A DNA stretch of 64,000 bases from Flavisolibacter sp. (lineage in GTDB: Bacteria; Bacteroidota; Bacteroidia; Chitinophagales; Chitinophagaceae), in assembly GCA_035761965.1 (NCBI GenBank), contig DASTPZ010000131.1:1925-65924 (forward strand), written 5' to 3'. Position 1 is the stretch's first letter, and each line of letters opens with the position of its first letter. The position numbers were made by a program, and so were the translations under genes. A model generated the notes under the pieces. It did not search any database and was not told the origin of the DNA. It was given only the letters and a program-made list of their open reading frames with translations. Of this stretch, positions 39,748-49,782 are shown one piece after another.

Positions 39748-40887
39748 TTATCCTATTGCCTGTTGCAGGTCTTCGATCAGGTCTTCGATATCCTCTATAC
39801 CTACACTGAGCCTGATGAGCGAATCGGAAAGGCCGTTCTTTATTCTTTCTTCACGGGGAATGCTGGCATGCGTCATCGATGCTGGGTGATTGATAAGCGA
39901 CTCTACACCCCCCAGGCTCTCGGCGAGGGCAAAAAGCTTGGTGGCAGATAAAACTCTTTTTGCCTCATCCACGCTGTCGTTCTTCAGCTCGAAGCTCATC
40001 ATGCCTCCAAAATCGCGCATCTGCCTGCGGGCAACGGCATAGTTGGGATGATCTTCGAAACCGCACCAGTAAACCTTGCCTACCTTAGGATGCTGCCGGA
40101 GGAAATGAGCTACTTTGGCCCCGTTCTCACAATGTCTTTGCATGCGCACGTGCAGGGTTTTAAGTCCCCTTAGCACAAGGAAACAGTCCATGGGCCCCGG
40201 AACGGCGCCACAAGACTTCTGTATAAAATACAGCTGCTCGCGAAGGGAGGCATCATTCATCATAAGACAGCCCTGTATAACATCGCTATGACCACCGAGG
40301 TATTTGGTAACAGAATGCATCACGATATCTGCACCGAGGTCAAGGGGGTTCTGAAGATAGGGTGAAGCAAAAGTATTGTCGACGCAAAGCAGGGCACCGG
40401 CCTCTTTGGCTATGGCAGCCACGGCTGCTATGTCGGTGATGTTCATCAGCGGATTAGTGGGCGTTTCGGTCCAGATGAGTTTTGTGCGCTCGTTGACCTG
40501 CTTGCGGATGTTTGCCGTATCCTGCATGTTCACATAGTGGAACCTGATCCCGAATTTTTCGAAGACCTTGGTAAATAATCGATAGGTTCCTCCGTACATA
40601 TCGCTTCCGGCTATTACCTCATCGCCCGGCTGCAGCAGCTTGATCACTGCGTCGGTGGCAGCCACGCCACTGCTGAAGGCGAGCCCGAACCTGCCGTTCT
40701 CTATTTCGGCAAAAGCCCGCTCCAGTGCGGCCCGTGTGGGATTCTGGCTGCGTGCGTATTCAAAACCTTTATGCTGGGCAGGCGCTTCCTGAACATAGGT
40801 AGAGGTCTGGTAGATAGGCGTCATGATGGCGCCTGTGGTCGGATCAGGCTCTACACCTGCATGAATGAACTTTGTTCCTTGCTTCAT
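39748..40887 (-). CDS. metB: Cystathionine gamma-synthase/gamma-lyase family PLP enzyme
   Basis: PIYQTSTY, YARSQNPT, ETPTNP, DNTFASP, SVTKYLGGHSD, AESLGG; exact specificity (synthase vs lyase) not resolvable. Confidence 0.88.
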   Translation of the reverse strand: MKQGTKFIHAGVEPDPTTGAIMTPIYQTSTYVQEAPAQHKGFEYARSQNPTRAALERAFAEIENGRFGLAFSSGVAATDAVIKLLQPGDEVIAGSDMYGGTYRLFTKVFEKFGIRFHYVNMQDTANIRKQVNERTKLIWTETPTNPLMNITDIAAVAAIAKEAGALLCVDNTFASPYLQNPLDLGADIVMHSVTKYLGGHSDVIQGCLMMNDASLREQLYFIQKSCGAVPGPMDCFLVLRGLKTLHVRMQRHCENGAKVAHFLRQHPKVGKVYWCGFEDHPNYAVARRQMRDFGGMMSFELKNDSVDEAKRVLSATKLFALAESLGGVESLINHPASMTHASIPREERIKNGLSDSLIRLSVGIEDIEDLIEDLQQAIG

Positions 40888-41300
40888 ATAGTCTTTTTAT
40901 TGCTGCAAAGATGGAGATTCTATCCGAAGTTGACTGTCGATAGAGCTGCCGCATTACAAAAAAGCAGACTCCATTCTCTTTAAAATGCTATCCTGACTAT
41001 CTTTCTTTTCTCCTCCTCTTTCTTTTTCTTTCTTACCCTCTTCACCCAAAAAACCCAGGTCGTCTTTGCCATTTTTCCAGATTAACAAAAAATAAATGTT
41101 CCACGATAAAATTTGGCATGGCATACAGGGCATGAAAAAATTCCATTCATCCATGAATTTATGCAATTGGTCCCTAATCGATCGGAGAACCCCTTATTCA
41201 GGACTGATTGATCCATGCCAATGGTGTAAAGAAATCCAGGGTTTCAATTTTTACGAATAAGTTCGTATAAGAATTTAATCAAAACCTTAAAACCACATTT

Positions 41301-41741
41301 ATGAAAAAAGTTCTTTTTGCGGCAGCCTTGATCCTGGGTTATAACCTGAATGTGTTTGCCAACGATCCCATCGTAAACGAAAAAGTATTGGAAGCCTTCA
41401 ATAAGACATTCCAGAATGTAGAAGAGCTCAGCTGGACGGCAAACGATCATTCTTACGAGGCCAATTTCAAGCAAAGCCAGATCACTACGAGGGTTACTTA
41501 CGACAAACAAGGGAACATCATCAAGACCATCCGCTCTTATTATGAGCAGCACCTTCCCATCATCATCCTTGCCAAGATAAAGAACAAGTTCTCTGACCAG
41601 AAGATCTTTGGTGTTACCGAGATCTCTTCGGAAGAAGGCATGTTCTATTATATTGTACTGGAAGACGACAAGAACTGGACAGAGATTAAGGCCGATACTT
41701 ACGGCGCGATCAATGTTCAGAAAAAATTCAAGAAAGGCTAA
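41301..41741 (+). CDS. Secreted hypothetical protein (PepSY/BLIP-like repeat)
   Basis: Signal peptide; VLEAFNKTF...SW...YEANF...YDKQG...LP..I pattern. Confidence 0.8.
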   Translation: MKKVLFAAALILGYNLNVFANDPIVNEKVLEAFNKTFQNVEELSWTANDHSYEANFKQSQITTRVTYDKQGNIIKTIRSYYEQHLPIIILAKIKNKFSDQKIFGVTEISSEEGMFYYIVLEDDKNWTEIKADTYGAINVQKKFKKG

Positions 41742-43585
41742 TCGCCAAAAAGATAAGAGGCTGACCAATAACGCCAGTCGCCATTTTGAGCCGCATATGA
41801 ACTATGCGGCTTTATTTTTTTTACAGCGGCCTTGTCGAGCACGCCATTTTCTGCCAGCTTTTTCTTGCCTTCCAGAATGGCTTCCCTCACCGCGGGGCTT
41901 TCCATCCACCGTTGCTGCGGCGGCTCAAATCCTATTTTATTGCTTTGCCATACCAGCGAGAGCGGCAGCATATCCTCAACAGCTTTTCTCAGCAGCCATT
42001 TGCTATGCCCTTCCCTTATTTTAAAACGGGCCGGCAGCGTAAACAGGAAGGAGACCAGCTCGTGGCTCAGGTAGGGCAGCCGAACTTCCACGCCATGAGC
42101 CATGCTATTCCTGTCGGCCAGCCGGAGCAGCTCCTCCAGCCCATGTACAAAAGTGCTGAAGTACAGGGCCCCGTTAAGGCTGAACGAAGAGGGCAGGCTA
42201 TAGTAAAGATTTCTTTTGTTCAAAAAACGGAAGTCAGGATCCAGGTCTGTATGGCTGGCAGCTTTCTTGGCCTTGCGCGATTGGTGCAGGCCCGCTGCCA
42301 GCTCGGGAAGAACCGCAGCCATTTTTTGAGATGTGCCAAAAGCTGTATCCACGCCTAGCTTGCGGGCTAGCGAAAGCTCCCCTGAGCTGCTCAATTTTCT
42401 TGAGCGGTAAAGCTCCTGCCAATACCATGAGTAGTAATGCCTGTAACCGGCCAGTACCTCATCTGCTCCCTGGCCGTCGAGCAAAACCTTTACGCCCTCT
42501 TTTCTTGCCGCTTCGTAAACCTTGTACTGTGCCAGCACACTGGCCGAACCAAAAGGCTCCTCCTGGTGCTTCATTACGCGGCCCATGAGCGGCACCAGCT
42601 CGTCTTCTGGTATCCTCACCAGGTGATGCTGGAGGCCATACTGTGCCGCCACCGAGGCGGCAGCAGCCGTTTCATCTTTTTCGAAATTCTCAAAAGAAGC
42701 GGTAAAACACTTATGGCTATAGCTGTCCGACGTGGCTTTTGCGCACATGGCTACGATGGCTGAGCTATCAAGCCCGCCGCTCAGGCTCGTACCAATGGCA
42801 ACGTCGCTTCTCAGCCTTCGTTCGATGGATGTTCCGAACAATGCCCGGAATTGTGCAATGGCCTCGCTATCGGAAATGTTTCTGTCTTCTTCGGGATAAA
42901 GCTGCCAGTATCTGCCTGTTTCCAGCTTTTGCTGCAGAGGGGTATAAAGAAGATAGGAAGCAGCAGGCAGCCGGGATATGCCCTGGTAAAATGTTTCTTC
43001 CTGGTCACCGGGATTGGACGTGTAACCAATGGTGAGATAGTTGTACAGCATGGCGCTGTTTACCTGCTTTTCTGCACCCAGGCTCCACAGGGTCTTTATT
43101 TCCGAACCAAACAAAAGCCCGGTCCCGTCGTAATGATAAAAAAAGGGCTTTTCGCCAAAACGGTCGCGTGCAGCGAAGAGCTGCCCTTCCTGTTTATCCC
43201 ATATGGCAAAAGCAAACATGCCATCGAAGCTTTCAAGACATTTAATGCCCCAGGCTGCATAAGCAGCAACAATCACTTCCGTATCGGATTGGCTCCTGAA
43301 CACGGCACCAAGCGATATCAAGCTGGCCCTTAGCTCCTGGTAATTGTATAACTCGCCATTGTGAATGATTGTATACCTGCCGCGGTAATGCAGCGGCTGC
43401 AAAGCTGCACTGCTTAGATCGATAATGCCCAGGCGTGTGTGCCCCAGTGCCACCATTGAATGTTCATCGGCCCAGGCACCTTCGCTATCCGGGCCACGGT
43501 GGCGAAGACAGGCAGTGGATGCACTGATTCTCTGAACAGTTGCCTGGCCTTTGCTCGCGCTGATGATGCCTGCTATTCCGCACAT
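41738..43585 (-). CDS. asnB: Asparagine synthase (glutamine-hydrolysing)
   Basis: MCGIAG, HRGPD, NGELYN, RDRFGEKP, LSGGLDSS, DGQGADE, EVRLPYL. Confidence 0.93.
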   Translation of the reverse strand: MCGIAGIISASKGQATVQRISASTACLRHRGPDSEGAWADEHSMVALGHTRLGIIDLSSAALQPLHYRGRYTIIHNGELYNYQELRASLISLGAVFRSQSDTEVIVAAYAAWGIKCLESFDGMFAFAIWDKQEGQLFAARDRFGEKPFFYHYDGTGLLFGSEIKTLWSLGAEKQVNSAMLYNYLTIGYTSNPGDQEETFYQGISRLPAASYLLYTPLQQKLETGRYWQLYPEEDRNISDSEAIAQFRALFGTSIERRLRSDVAIGTSLSGGLDSSAIVAMCAKATSDSYSHKCFTASFENFEKDETAAAASVAAQYGLQHHLVRIPEDELVPLMGRVMKHQEEPFGSASVLAQYKVYEAARKEGVKVLLDGQGADEVLAGYRHYYSWYWQELYRSRKLSSSGELSLARKLGVDTAFGTSQKMAAVLPELAAGLHQSRKAKKAASHTDLDPDFRFLNKRNLYYSLPSSFSLNGALYFSTFVHGLEELLRLADRNSMAHGVEVRLPYLSHELVSFLFTLPARFKIREGHSKWLLRKAVEDMLPLSLVWQSNKIGFEPPQQRWMESPAVREAILEGKKKLAENGVLDKAAVKKIKPHSSYAAQNGDWRYWSASYLFGD

Positions 43586-43588
43586 AGC

Positions 43589-44215
43589 TTAATTTTCTCC
43601 GTATACGATGGGTAACCTGGCCTCAGCATCATCCCAGGCCATAACCAGGTCGGCACCGCCGGACCTCGATTGAAAGGCCATGGTAAAATATTCGATCGAC
43701 TGGTCAGTTCGTTTCACTGGTATGTCGAACCTGTATTTATCATTGCGCGGATTAATGCTGAGACCCCAGCTGTTCAGACCTGTATTGAGCACGATCGTCC
43801 AGGTGCCTTCCTGCGGAATGGCATAGGTTATATAGCGGCCGGGGAGAATCAGTTTATTCTGGATGCGTACAGCCTGGAAGAATTCTATTTCTGTAGCCTC
43901 ATTAGCACCCAATCTCCATAACTCACCGTATTTGATCAGCTCACCAAATATCTTTCTTCCCTGCTTCTGCGGCCTGCTGTAGATAATCCTGGCGATAGGC
44001 GCTGTTTTACGCTCCGACAGCTTGGTATAGTTTTCAGGCAGGTAGCTCATGTCCATAGGAGACAAATCCACCGGGGCATAAGGGTTTACCGGTCCCGCTT
44101 TCACTACTCCCGAATCTTTTGAGACCAGCTTCGGACGGCTCGGCAGAGGCTCAGGCTTGTGCTCGCTGCACGACAGTACCGTCACCGTCAAAAGCAATCC
44201 TAAATAAGCTTTCAT
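43589..44215 (-). CDS. DUF2911 domain lipoprotein
   Basis: Lipobox VLSC; YSRPQKQGRKIFG..WRLGANEATEI. Confidence 0.88.
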   Translation of the reverse strand: MKAYLGLLLTVTVLSCSEHKPEPLPSRPKLVSKDSGVVKAGPVNPYAPVDLSPMDMSYLPENYTKLSERKTAPIARIIYSRPQKQGRKIFGELIKYGELWRLGANEATEIEFFQAVRIQNKLILPGRYITYAIPQEGTWTIVLNTGLNSWGLSINPRNDKYRFDIPVKRTDQSIEYFTMAFQSRSGGADLVMAWDDAEARLPIVYGEN

Positions 44216-44388
44216 GGCGAAAAAATACAGCTTTTCAATGAAGTTTGCCTTTGTTTCCGCTCCAGCCGGAGCAAGCGCAGTATACAACGGATGAAAACAC
44301 GGCAAGGCCTTTGCAGCTATCAACGGATCTACAAAAGCTGCCGCGAAAATATTTCCAAGACATGCGCGCAAAGCAGCGACCGATAGCC

Positions 44389-45903
44389 TTATGATTTTTC
44401 CGTCATCACAGCCCAGTGATTGCCATCTTTGGCAATAAGGGCCTCGGCGTCCTCTGGTCCCCAGGTACCGGGGGCATAGTTCGGAAAATCCACCGGGGGC
44501 CGCATTTCCCAGGCATCGAGGATGGGCTGTATGATCTCCCATGCCGCTTCAACCTGGTCGGCGCGCATAAACAGGGTAGCATCTCCCTCAATCACGTCGG
44601 CCAGCAGGGTCTCGTATGCTTCGGGCTGGTCGTCGCCATAGGCATCGCTGTAGCTGAATACCATGTCTACCGGCTGCAGCACCATGTGCTGGCCTGGCCG
44701 CTTCCCCTGAAAGCGCAGCCTTATGTCCATTTGCGGCTGGATAGAGATGGTGAGCTTATTGGGTCGCCATGTTTCACCGGCTTCGAGCGGAAAAGCATAT
44801 TGAGGCGCCGGCTTGAATTGTATGGTAATGCTCGTGGTCTTGGCGGCAAGGGTCTTGCCGGTTCGAACATAAAAAGGCACGTCCTTCCATCGCCAATTGT
44901 CCACAAAGAATTTTACGGCGGCAAAAGTGTCCACGCCTGATTGGGGTGAAACATTCTTTTCCTCGCGGTAAGCCTTCATGGGCTTGCCTTTCAGCCAGCC
45001 TTCGCTATACTGTCCGCGCACGGCGTTCTTATGCACCTCGTCCTTATGCCATTTGCGAAGGGCCCTGAGCACGTCCAGCTTTTTATTCCTGATCTCATCG
45101 GCCTGGAAGCTCACGGGCGCTTCCATGGCCACCATGCACAGCAGCTGGAGAATATGGTTTTGCACCATATCGCGCAGCGCTCCAGAATTTTCGTAATAGC
45201 CGCCGCGGTCCTCCACGCCTATGTTCTCTGCTGCTGTTATCTGTACGTGATCGATGTAATTGCTGTTCCAGATGGGTTCGAAAAGTGCGTTGGCAAAACG
45301 CAGCGCAAGTATGTTCTGTACCGTCTCCTTACCAAGATAGTGGTCGATCCTGTAGATCTGCTCTTCGCGGAAGAGCTGGCCCAGGCGGATATTGAGCTCT
45401 TTTGCGCTCTCGTAATCGTGTCCAAAGGGTTTTTCAAACACCATCCGTGAACGCGCGGGATCGGCAGTGAGCTTTGCCTTGTGCAGTCTTTCGGCGATTG
45501 CGGGCGCCAGCTGGGGTGCCACGGACATATAAAATACGACCGTTGCCTTTTCCCCCCATTGCTCTTCCAGCTTTTTGACGCGGGCGGCCATGGAGCGGTA
45601 AACAGTGTCGCTATCCAGATCGGCCTTGATGTAGTCGAGGTTCTTTGCAAATTCCTTCCAGGCGATCTTCACACAGCCGGGCCGGCGCGAATGTTCTTCA
45701 ACGCCTTTTTTACTGTGGTTCCTGAAAGCCTGGCTGGTAAAGTCTGAACGGCTGATACCTGCGATCAGGAAATTTTCGGGCAGGTATTTATCGAGATAAA
45801 GATTATAAAGCGCAGGGATGAGCTTGCGGTAGGTAAGATCTCCGCTGCCGCCAAAGATGAAGATGATGGCAGGCGTGGTTCTGCTGTTTTGATTGGTTGA
45901 CAT
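44389..45903 (-). CDS. zwf: Glucose-6-phosphate 1-dehydrogenase
   Basis: GGSGDL, EKPFG and RIDHYLGKE motifs. Confidence 0.97.
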   Translation of the reverse strand: MSTNQNSRTTPAIIFIFGGSGDLTYRKLIPALYNLYLDKYLPENFLIAGISRSDFTSQAFRNHSKKGVEEHSRRPGCVKIAWKEFAKNLDYIKADLDSDTVYRSMAARVKKLEEQWGEKATVVFYMSVAPQLAPAIAERLHKAKLTADPARSRMVFEKPFGHDYESAKELNIRLGQLFREEQIYRIDHYLGKETVQNILALRFANALFEPIWNSNYIDHVQITAAENIGVEDRGGYYENSGALRDMVQNHILQLLCMVAMEAPVSFQADEIRNKKLDVLRALRKWHKDEVHKNAVRGQYSEGWLKGKPMKAYREEKNVSPQSGVDTFAAVKFFVDNWRWKDVPFYVRTGKTLAAKTTSITIQFKPAPQYAFPLEAGETWRPNKLTISIQPQMDIRLRFQGKRPGQHMVLQPVDMVFSYSDAYGDDQPEAYETLLADVIEGDATLFMRADQVEAAWEIIQPILDAWEMRPPVDFPNYAPGTWGPEDAEALIAKDGNHWAVMTEKS

Positions 45904-45958
45904 AATTAGGATGAATGATGGTCGATGTTATTAAATGCCTTGCTGTTCAGCTTGCGGT

Positions 45959-47398
45959 CTATTCGGCCGCATTCCATTCTGTATGAAATACGCCTTCCTT
46001 GTCTATGCGGCGGTAAGTATGCGCACCAAAATAATCTCGCTGGGCCTGTATAAGATTGGTCGGCATTCTTTCGCTCAGGTAATTGTCGTAGTAGGACAGG
46101 GCGCTGCTCATTGCGGCAAGCGGAATGCGGGCCTGTATGCCTAGCGCAAGTATATAGCGGGCGCTCTCTTCACGGTTCTTCATCAGGGTTGCCATATCCG
46201 CATCCAGCAGCAGGCTCGGAAGGTTCGGGTCTTTTTGAAAGGCCTCGGCGAAATTGCCGAGCAGGGCTGAGCGGATGATGCAACCGGCCTTCCATACCTT
46301 GATCACATCGGGAAGTGGGATGTTCATCTGCAGTTCGGTAGAAGCTTTGGCCAGCATGCTAAGTCCCTGGCTGTAAGCGATCACGAAACAAAACGCAAGC
46401 GTGTTCTCGAGATGGGCGAGCACTTCGCCGTCCACTTCTATTTTGCCGGTCTTTGGCCTGTAAAGCTTGGCGGCCCTTGTTCTTTGCTCTTTGTAAACCG
46501 AGAGGTTCCGCGCAGCTACCGCAGCATCGATCGTTGGAATGGCTACCGGCAGGTCCATGGCTTCCTGCGAGGTCCATTTACCCGTGCCCTTGGAGCCGGC
46601 CTGGTCAAGTATCTTGTCTACCAGGAAATCTTTCGAATCGGCCGTTTCGGTATCGCCAGCCCTGAACACATCGGCGGTAACCTGTATGAGATAGCCCTGG
46701 AGCTGGCCCTCGTTCCAGGCGGAAAACAGCGATTGCAGCTGTTCGTTCGTATAGCCGCCGGCGCGGTGCAGCAGGTCGTAGGTCTCGCTGATCAATTGCA
46801 TCATGGCGTATTCAATGCCATTGTGCACCATCTTTACATAATGACCAGAGGCATGGTTGCCCATGTAAGCTACGCAAGGCTCTCCTTCGGCCTTGGCCGC
46901 AATATCCTCAAGTATGGGCCTTAGGTATCGATAGGCATCCTTATCGCCGCCGGGCATCATGCTGGGACCAGTGCGGGCACCCATTTCGCCGCCCGAAACA
47001 CCCATACCAAAAAAATGGATCCCTTTTGCCTGCAGGTAGCCTATGCGCCTGTTGGTGTCTTTGTAATAAGAATTGCCTCCATCGATCAGGATATCGTTCT
47101 TTTCGAGATGGGGCAGCAGGTTCTCGATCACATCGTCTACGGGCTTGCCGGCAGGCACCAGCATCATGATCTTACGGGGCGTTTTTAGAGCGGCCACCAT
47201 TTCGGTGATGCTTATCGTGCCTTTTACCTTGCCCCTGCCATCGCTGCTGCCGCTTGCGGCTGCGGCTTCCAGCTGGTCGGCTCTTTCCTGCTTAAGGTCG
47301 AAGCCTATCACATCATGACCATGGTCGGCCATGTTGAGCAATAGGTTGCTTCCCATTACACCTATGCCTATCATTCCAAAATCAAAGCTTGCTTTCAT
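45959..47398 (-). CDS. gndA: NADP-dependent 6-phosphogluconate dehydrogenase
   Basis: GIGVMG, VSGGE, KMVHNGIEY, KGTGKW, QAQRDYFGAH. Confidence 0.97.
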   Translation of the reverse strand: MKASFDFGMIGIGVMGSNLLLNMADHGHDVIGFDLKQERADQLEAAAASGSSDGRGKVKGTISITEMVAALKTPRKIMMLVPAGKPVDDVIENLLPHLEKNDILIDGGNSYYKDTNRRIGYLQAKGIHFFGMGVSGGEMGARTGPSMMPGGDKDAYRYLRPILEDIAAKAEGEPCVAYMGNHASGHYVKMVHNGIEYAMMQLISETYDLLHRAGGYTNEQLQSLFSAWNEGQLQGYLIQVTADVFRAGDTETADSKDFLVDKILDQAGSKGTGKWTSQEAMDLPVAIPTIDAAVAARNLSVYKEQRTRAAKLYRPKTGKIEVDGEVLAHLENTLAFCFVIAYSQGLSMLAKASTELQMNIPLPDVIKVWKAGCIIRSALLGNFAEAFQKDPNLPSLLLDADMATLMKNREESARYILALGIQARIPLAAMSSALSYYDNYLSERMPTNLIQAQRDYFGAHTYRRIDKEGVFHTEWNAAE

Positions 47399-47401
47399 AC
47401 T

Positions 47402-47836
47402 TTATTTGTTTCGTCTTATAGAATCAGCTACCGGGTTGGGGGCCACAACCGGTTCTTTAGAACCATTGTGACAGGTATAGCAGGTAACCATGAGATTCGT
47501 ATTGATATCTCTCACGGCTCCTGTATAATTAAAGTATTCATCGTTGATGCGGTTGGTCATCACCATCATATCCCTGGCTATGAGCTTATGCTTATTGCCG
47601 TCAGAGGCATGGTCCCAGGCCTTGGTCGAATCGTTTCGTACATGACAAAATCCGCATTTTACATTCAGTGAGCTGGTAAAATGCCGCATCACGCTGTCTA
47701 GCTGCGCCTTTGAGATATTCTTGGGCAGCACCTGCAGGTTTCTATAGCCAGGATCATCCGGACGATAGCCCGTAAATGCCAGGGATAACCCCAGGAACAG
47801 GGCAAAACCGCAGATCACGAGCAGGGACCTGGTCAT
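47402..47836 (-). CDS. Di-heme c-type cytochrome (reaction-centre cytochrome c subunit-like family)
   Basis: Signal peptide; NLQVLP; CGFCH and CYTCH heme motifs. Confidence 0.88.
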   Translation of the reverse strand: MTRSLLVICGFALFLGLSLAFTGYRPDDPGYRNLQVLPKNISKAQLDSVMRHFTSSLNVKCGFCHVRNDSTKAWDHASDGNKHKLIARDMMVMTNRINDEYFNYTGAVRDINTNLMVTCYTCHNGSKEPVVAPNPVADSIRRNK

Positions 47837-47914
47837 AAAGCGTTAAAATTTTCAATGAATTTATAAAAAATCCCGCCTTTGCGGCAGAAGCACGCTTGGC
47901 TCGGTGCGGATGCT

Positions 47915-47922
47915 TATTTTTG
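47915..47922 (+). promoter_or_regulatory. Bacteroidota housekeeping -7 promoter element
   Basis: TATTTTTG matches TAnnTTTG, 23 nt before the CMD gene start. Confidence 0.5.
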
Positions 47923-47945
47923 CAGGATAAAATCAGAACACGGTT

Positions 47946-48287
47946 ATGTCAGGCCTGGTAAAGGAATTCAACGATTACAGGGAAAAGATGAATGAGGTGA
48001 TTCTAAGCAAGAATAACCTCGTTATGAAAAGGCTTTGGAACCTCGATACGAACACGTACGAGGATGGTGCCCTGGACAAAAAGACGAAGGAAATGCTGGG
48101 TCTTGTGGCAAGCATGGTGCTTCGCTGCGATGACTGTATCAAATACCACCTGGGCAAATGCCATGAGCTGGGTGTGAACACCTCAGAAGTGTACGAGATC
48201 TTTGCTGTGGCCAATATAGTGGGCGGCACCATTGTGATCCCGCATACAAGAAGGGCTGCAGAGTACTGGGAAGAGCTGTCTAATTAA
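47946..48287 (+). CDS. Carboxymuconolactone decarboxylase / AhpD-like protein
   Basis: ALDKKTKEMLGLVAS...RCDDCIKYH. Confidence 0.9.
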   Translation: MSGLVKEFNDYREKMNEVILSKNNLVMKRLWNLDTNTYEDGALDKKTKEMLGLVASMVLRCDDCIKYHLGKCHELGVNTSEVYEIFAVANIVGGTIVIPHTRRAAEYWEELSN

Positions 48288-48575
48288 AAGACCCTTGCCA
48301 TGAACCGCTTTGGAGAACGGGTTCATGCTCAGAACTTTGGTTATGCGTCCCAGGCGGTGAAAGCATCCCCCAGCATCCATGCAGGAAAGGCAATAGCCCT
48401 GGCATTGCAGGAACAGGCCTTGACAGGCGCTGATTGATAAAAGGCCGCGTCTGCGATGTGCGCAGGTACCGCAAGGATCGCGGAAAATAAAAATACACAG
48501 GCGGATATGCAAGCCCTTGCCAGCTGCATCCCGCTTTTAAAACAGGCCGGGCAACCGGCCGCCGAATAGATATCA

Positions 48576-49610
48576 ATGGAAACACTGACCACGAGTCCAA
48601 ACATAGCGCTTACTGCGAAAGACTTCGCTACCGACCAGGAAGTAAGATGGTGCCCGGGCTGCGGAGATTACTCCATCCTGGCCCAGGTGCAGAAGGTTAT
48701 GCCCACGCTGGGCCTGCCCAGGGAGAACATAGCCATCATTTCAGGTATTGGCTGCTCCTCGCGCTTTCCCTATTACATGAATGTTTATGGTATGCATTCC
48801 ATTCACGGAAGAGCTACTGCTATTGCCAGCGGTCTCAAGGCCTCCCGCCCCGATCTCAGCGTGTGGATCGTTACCGGCGACGGTGATGGCCTCAGCATCG
48901 GAGGCAACCATACCATTCACCTGCTGCGCAGGAATTTCGACGTCAACATCCTTCTTTTCAATAACCAGATCTACGGTCTTACGAAAGGACAGTATTCGCC
49001 TACATCCGAAGAAAACAAGATAACTAAGTCAACACCATTCGGAAGCATAGACCATCCTTTCAATCCCCTGGCCCTTGCCATGGGTGCCGATGCCACCTTT
49101 ATTGCGAGAAGCATGGACCGGGATCCCAAGCACCTTCAAAGCATGCTGCTGAGGGCTCATGCCCACCATGGCGCCTCTTTCCTGGAGATCTATCAGAACT
49201 GCAACATCTTTAACGATGGTGCTTTCGAGGTGTTCACCGAAAAAGCAACGAAGGCAGACGAGGCCCTCTTCCTGGAGAATGGCCAGCCATTGATCTTTGG
49301 AGCCAATAAAGACAAGGGCATCAGGCTCGACGGGTTTACGCCGGTGGTAGTGAGCCTGCAGGACGGCTATAGCGCCGATGACTGCTGGGTACACGACGAA
49401 AAGGATATTTACAAGGCCCAGATACTTACACGCATGTTCGACGATCCCAAGATGGCCAATCACCTTCCAAGGCCTTTCGGCGTTTTCTACCAGGCCATCC
49501 GTCCTACTTACGAGGATATGATGAAGCAGCAGATCGAAATCGCAAAGGAGAAAAAGCCAGCCGATCTTGACCGGCTCCTGAGGGGCAACGAGGTTTGGGA
49601 GATCGCTTAA
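48576..49610 (+). CDS. korB: 2-oxoacid:ferredoxin oxidoreductase beta subunit
   Basis: WCPGCGD, SGIGCSSR, HGRA, GDGD TPP motif, YGLTKGQ. Confidence 0.95.
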   Translation: METLTTSPNIALTAKDFATDQEVRWCPGCGDYSILAQVQKVMPTLGLPRENIAIISGIGCSSRFPYYMNVYGMHSIHGRATAIASGLKASRPDLSVWIVTGDGDGLSIGGNHTIHLLRRNFDVNILLFNNQIYGLTKGQYSPTSEENKITKSTPFGSIDHPFNPLALAMGADATFIARSMDRDPKHLQSMLLRAHAHHGASFLEIYQNCNIFNDGAFEVFTEKATKADEALFLENGQPLIFGANKDKGIRLDGFTPVVVSLQDGYSADDCWVHDEKDIYKAQILTRMFDDPKMANHLPRPFGVFYQAIRPTYEDMMKQQIEIAKEKKPADLDRLLRGNEVWEIA

Positions 49611-49643
49611 GCCGCAAAGGGTGAAATTTAATAAATGATCATG

Positions 49644-49674
49644 AGCAGGTCCGCTGAAATGGACCTGCTTTTTT
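49644..49674 (+). terminator. Intrinsic terminator after korB
   Basis: AGCAGGTCC-N8-GGACCTGCT followed by a T-run. Confidence 0.8.
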
Positions 49675-49782
49675 CTGCCCTTCAATCGTTAAAAGAAGAC
49701 CCGGGCCTGTTAAAATTGATTCTCTATCGGCTGTACTGAAACGATAATCACCCATTTTGCAGGAAACCAAGTTCTCTTGCTT

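Noticed and set aside
40999-41047. Pyrimidine-rich tract
   Set aside because: Low-complexity intergenic sequence without periodicity or a plausible ORF
41738-43585. asnB as a possible lasso-peptide cyclase
   Set aside because: Intact N-terminal Cys glutaminase domain; no precursor, PqqD/RRE or transglutaminase-like gene nearby
47402-47836. Evidence of photosynthesis from the reaction-centre cytochrome-like gene
   Set aside because: Short di-heme homologs occur in non-phototrophs; no puf or bch genes in the window
48341-48604. 87-aa minus-strand ORF in the korB leader
   Set aside because: Overlaps the korB start, has no recognisable family, and its composition is not convincing
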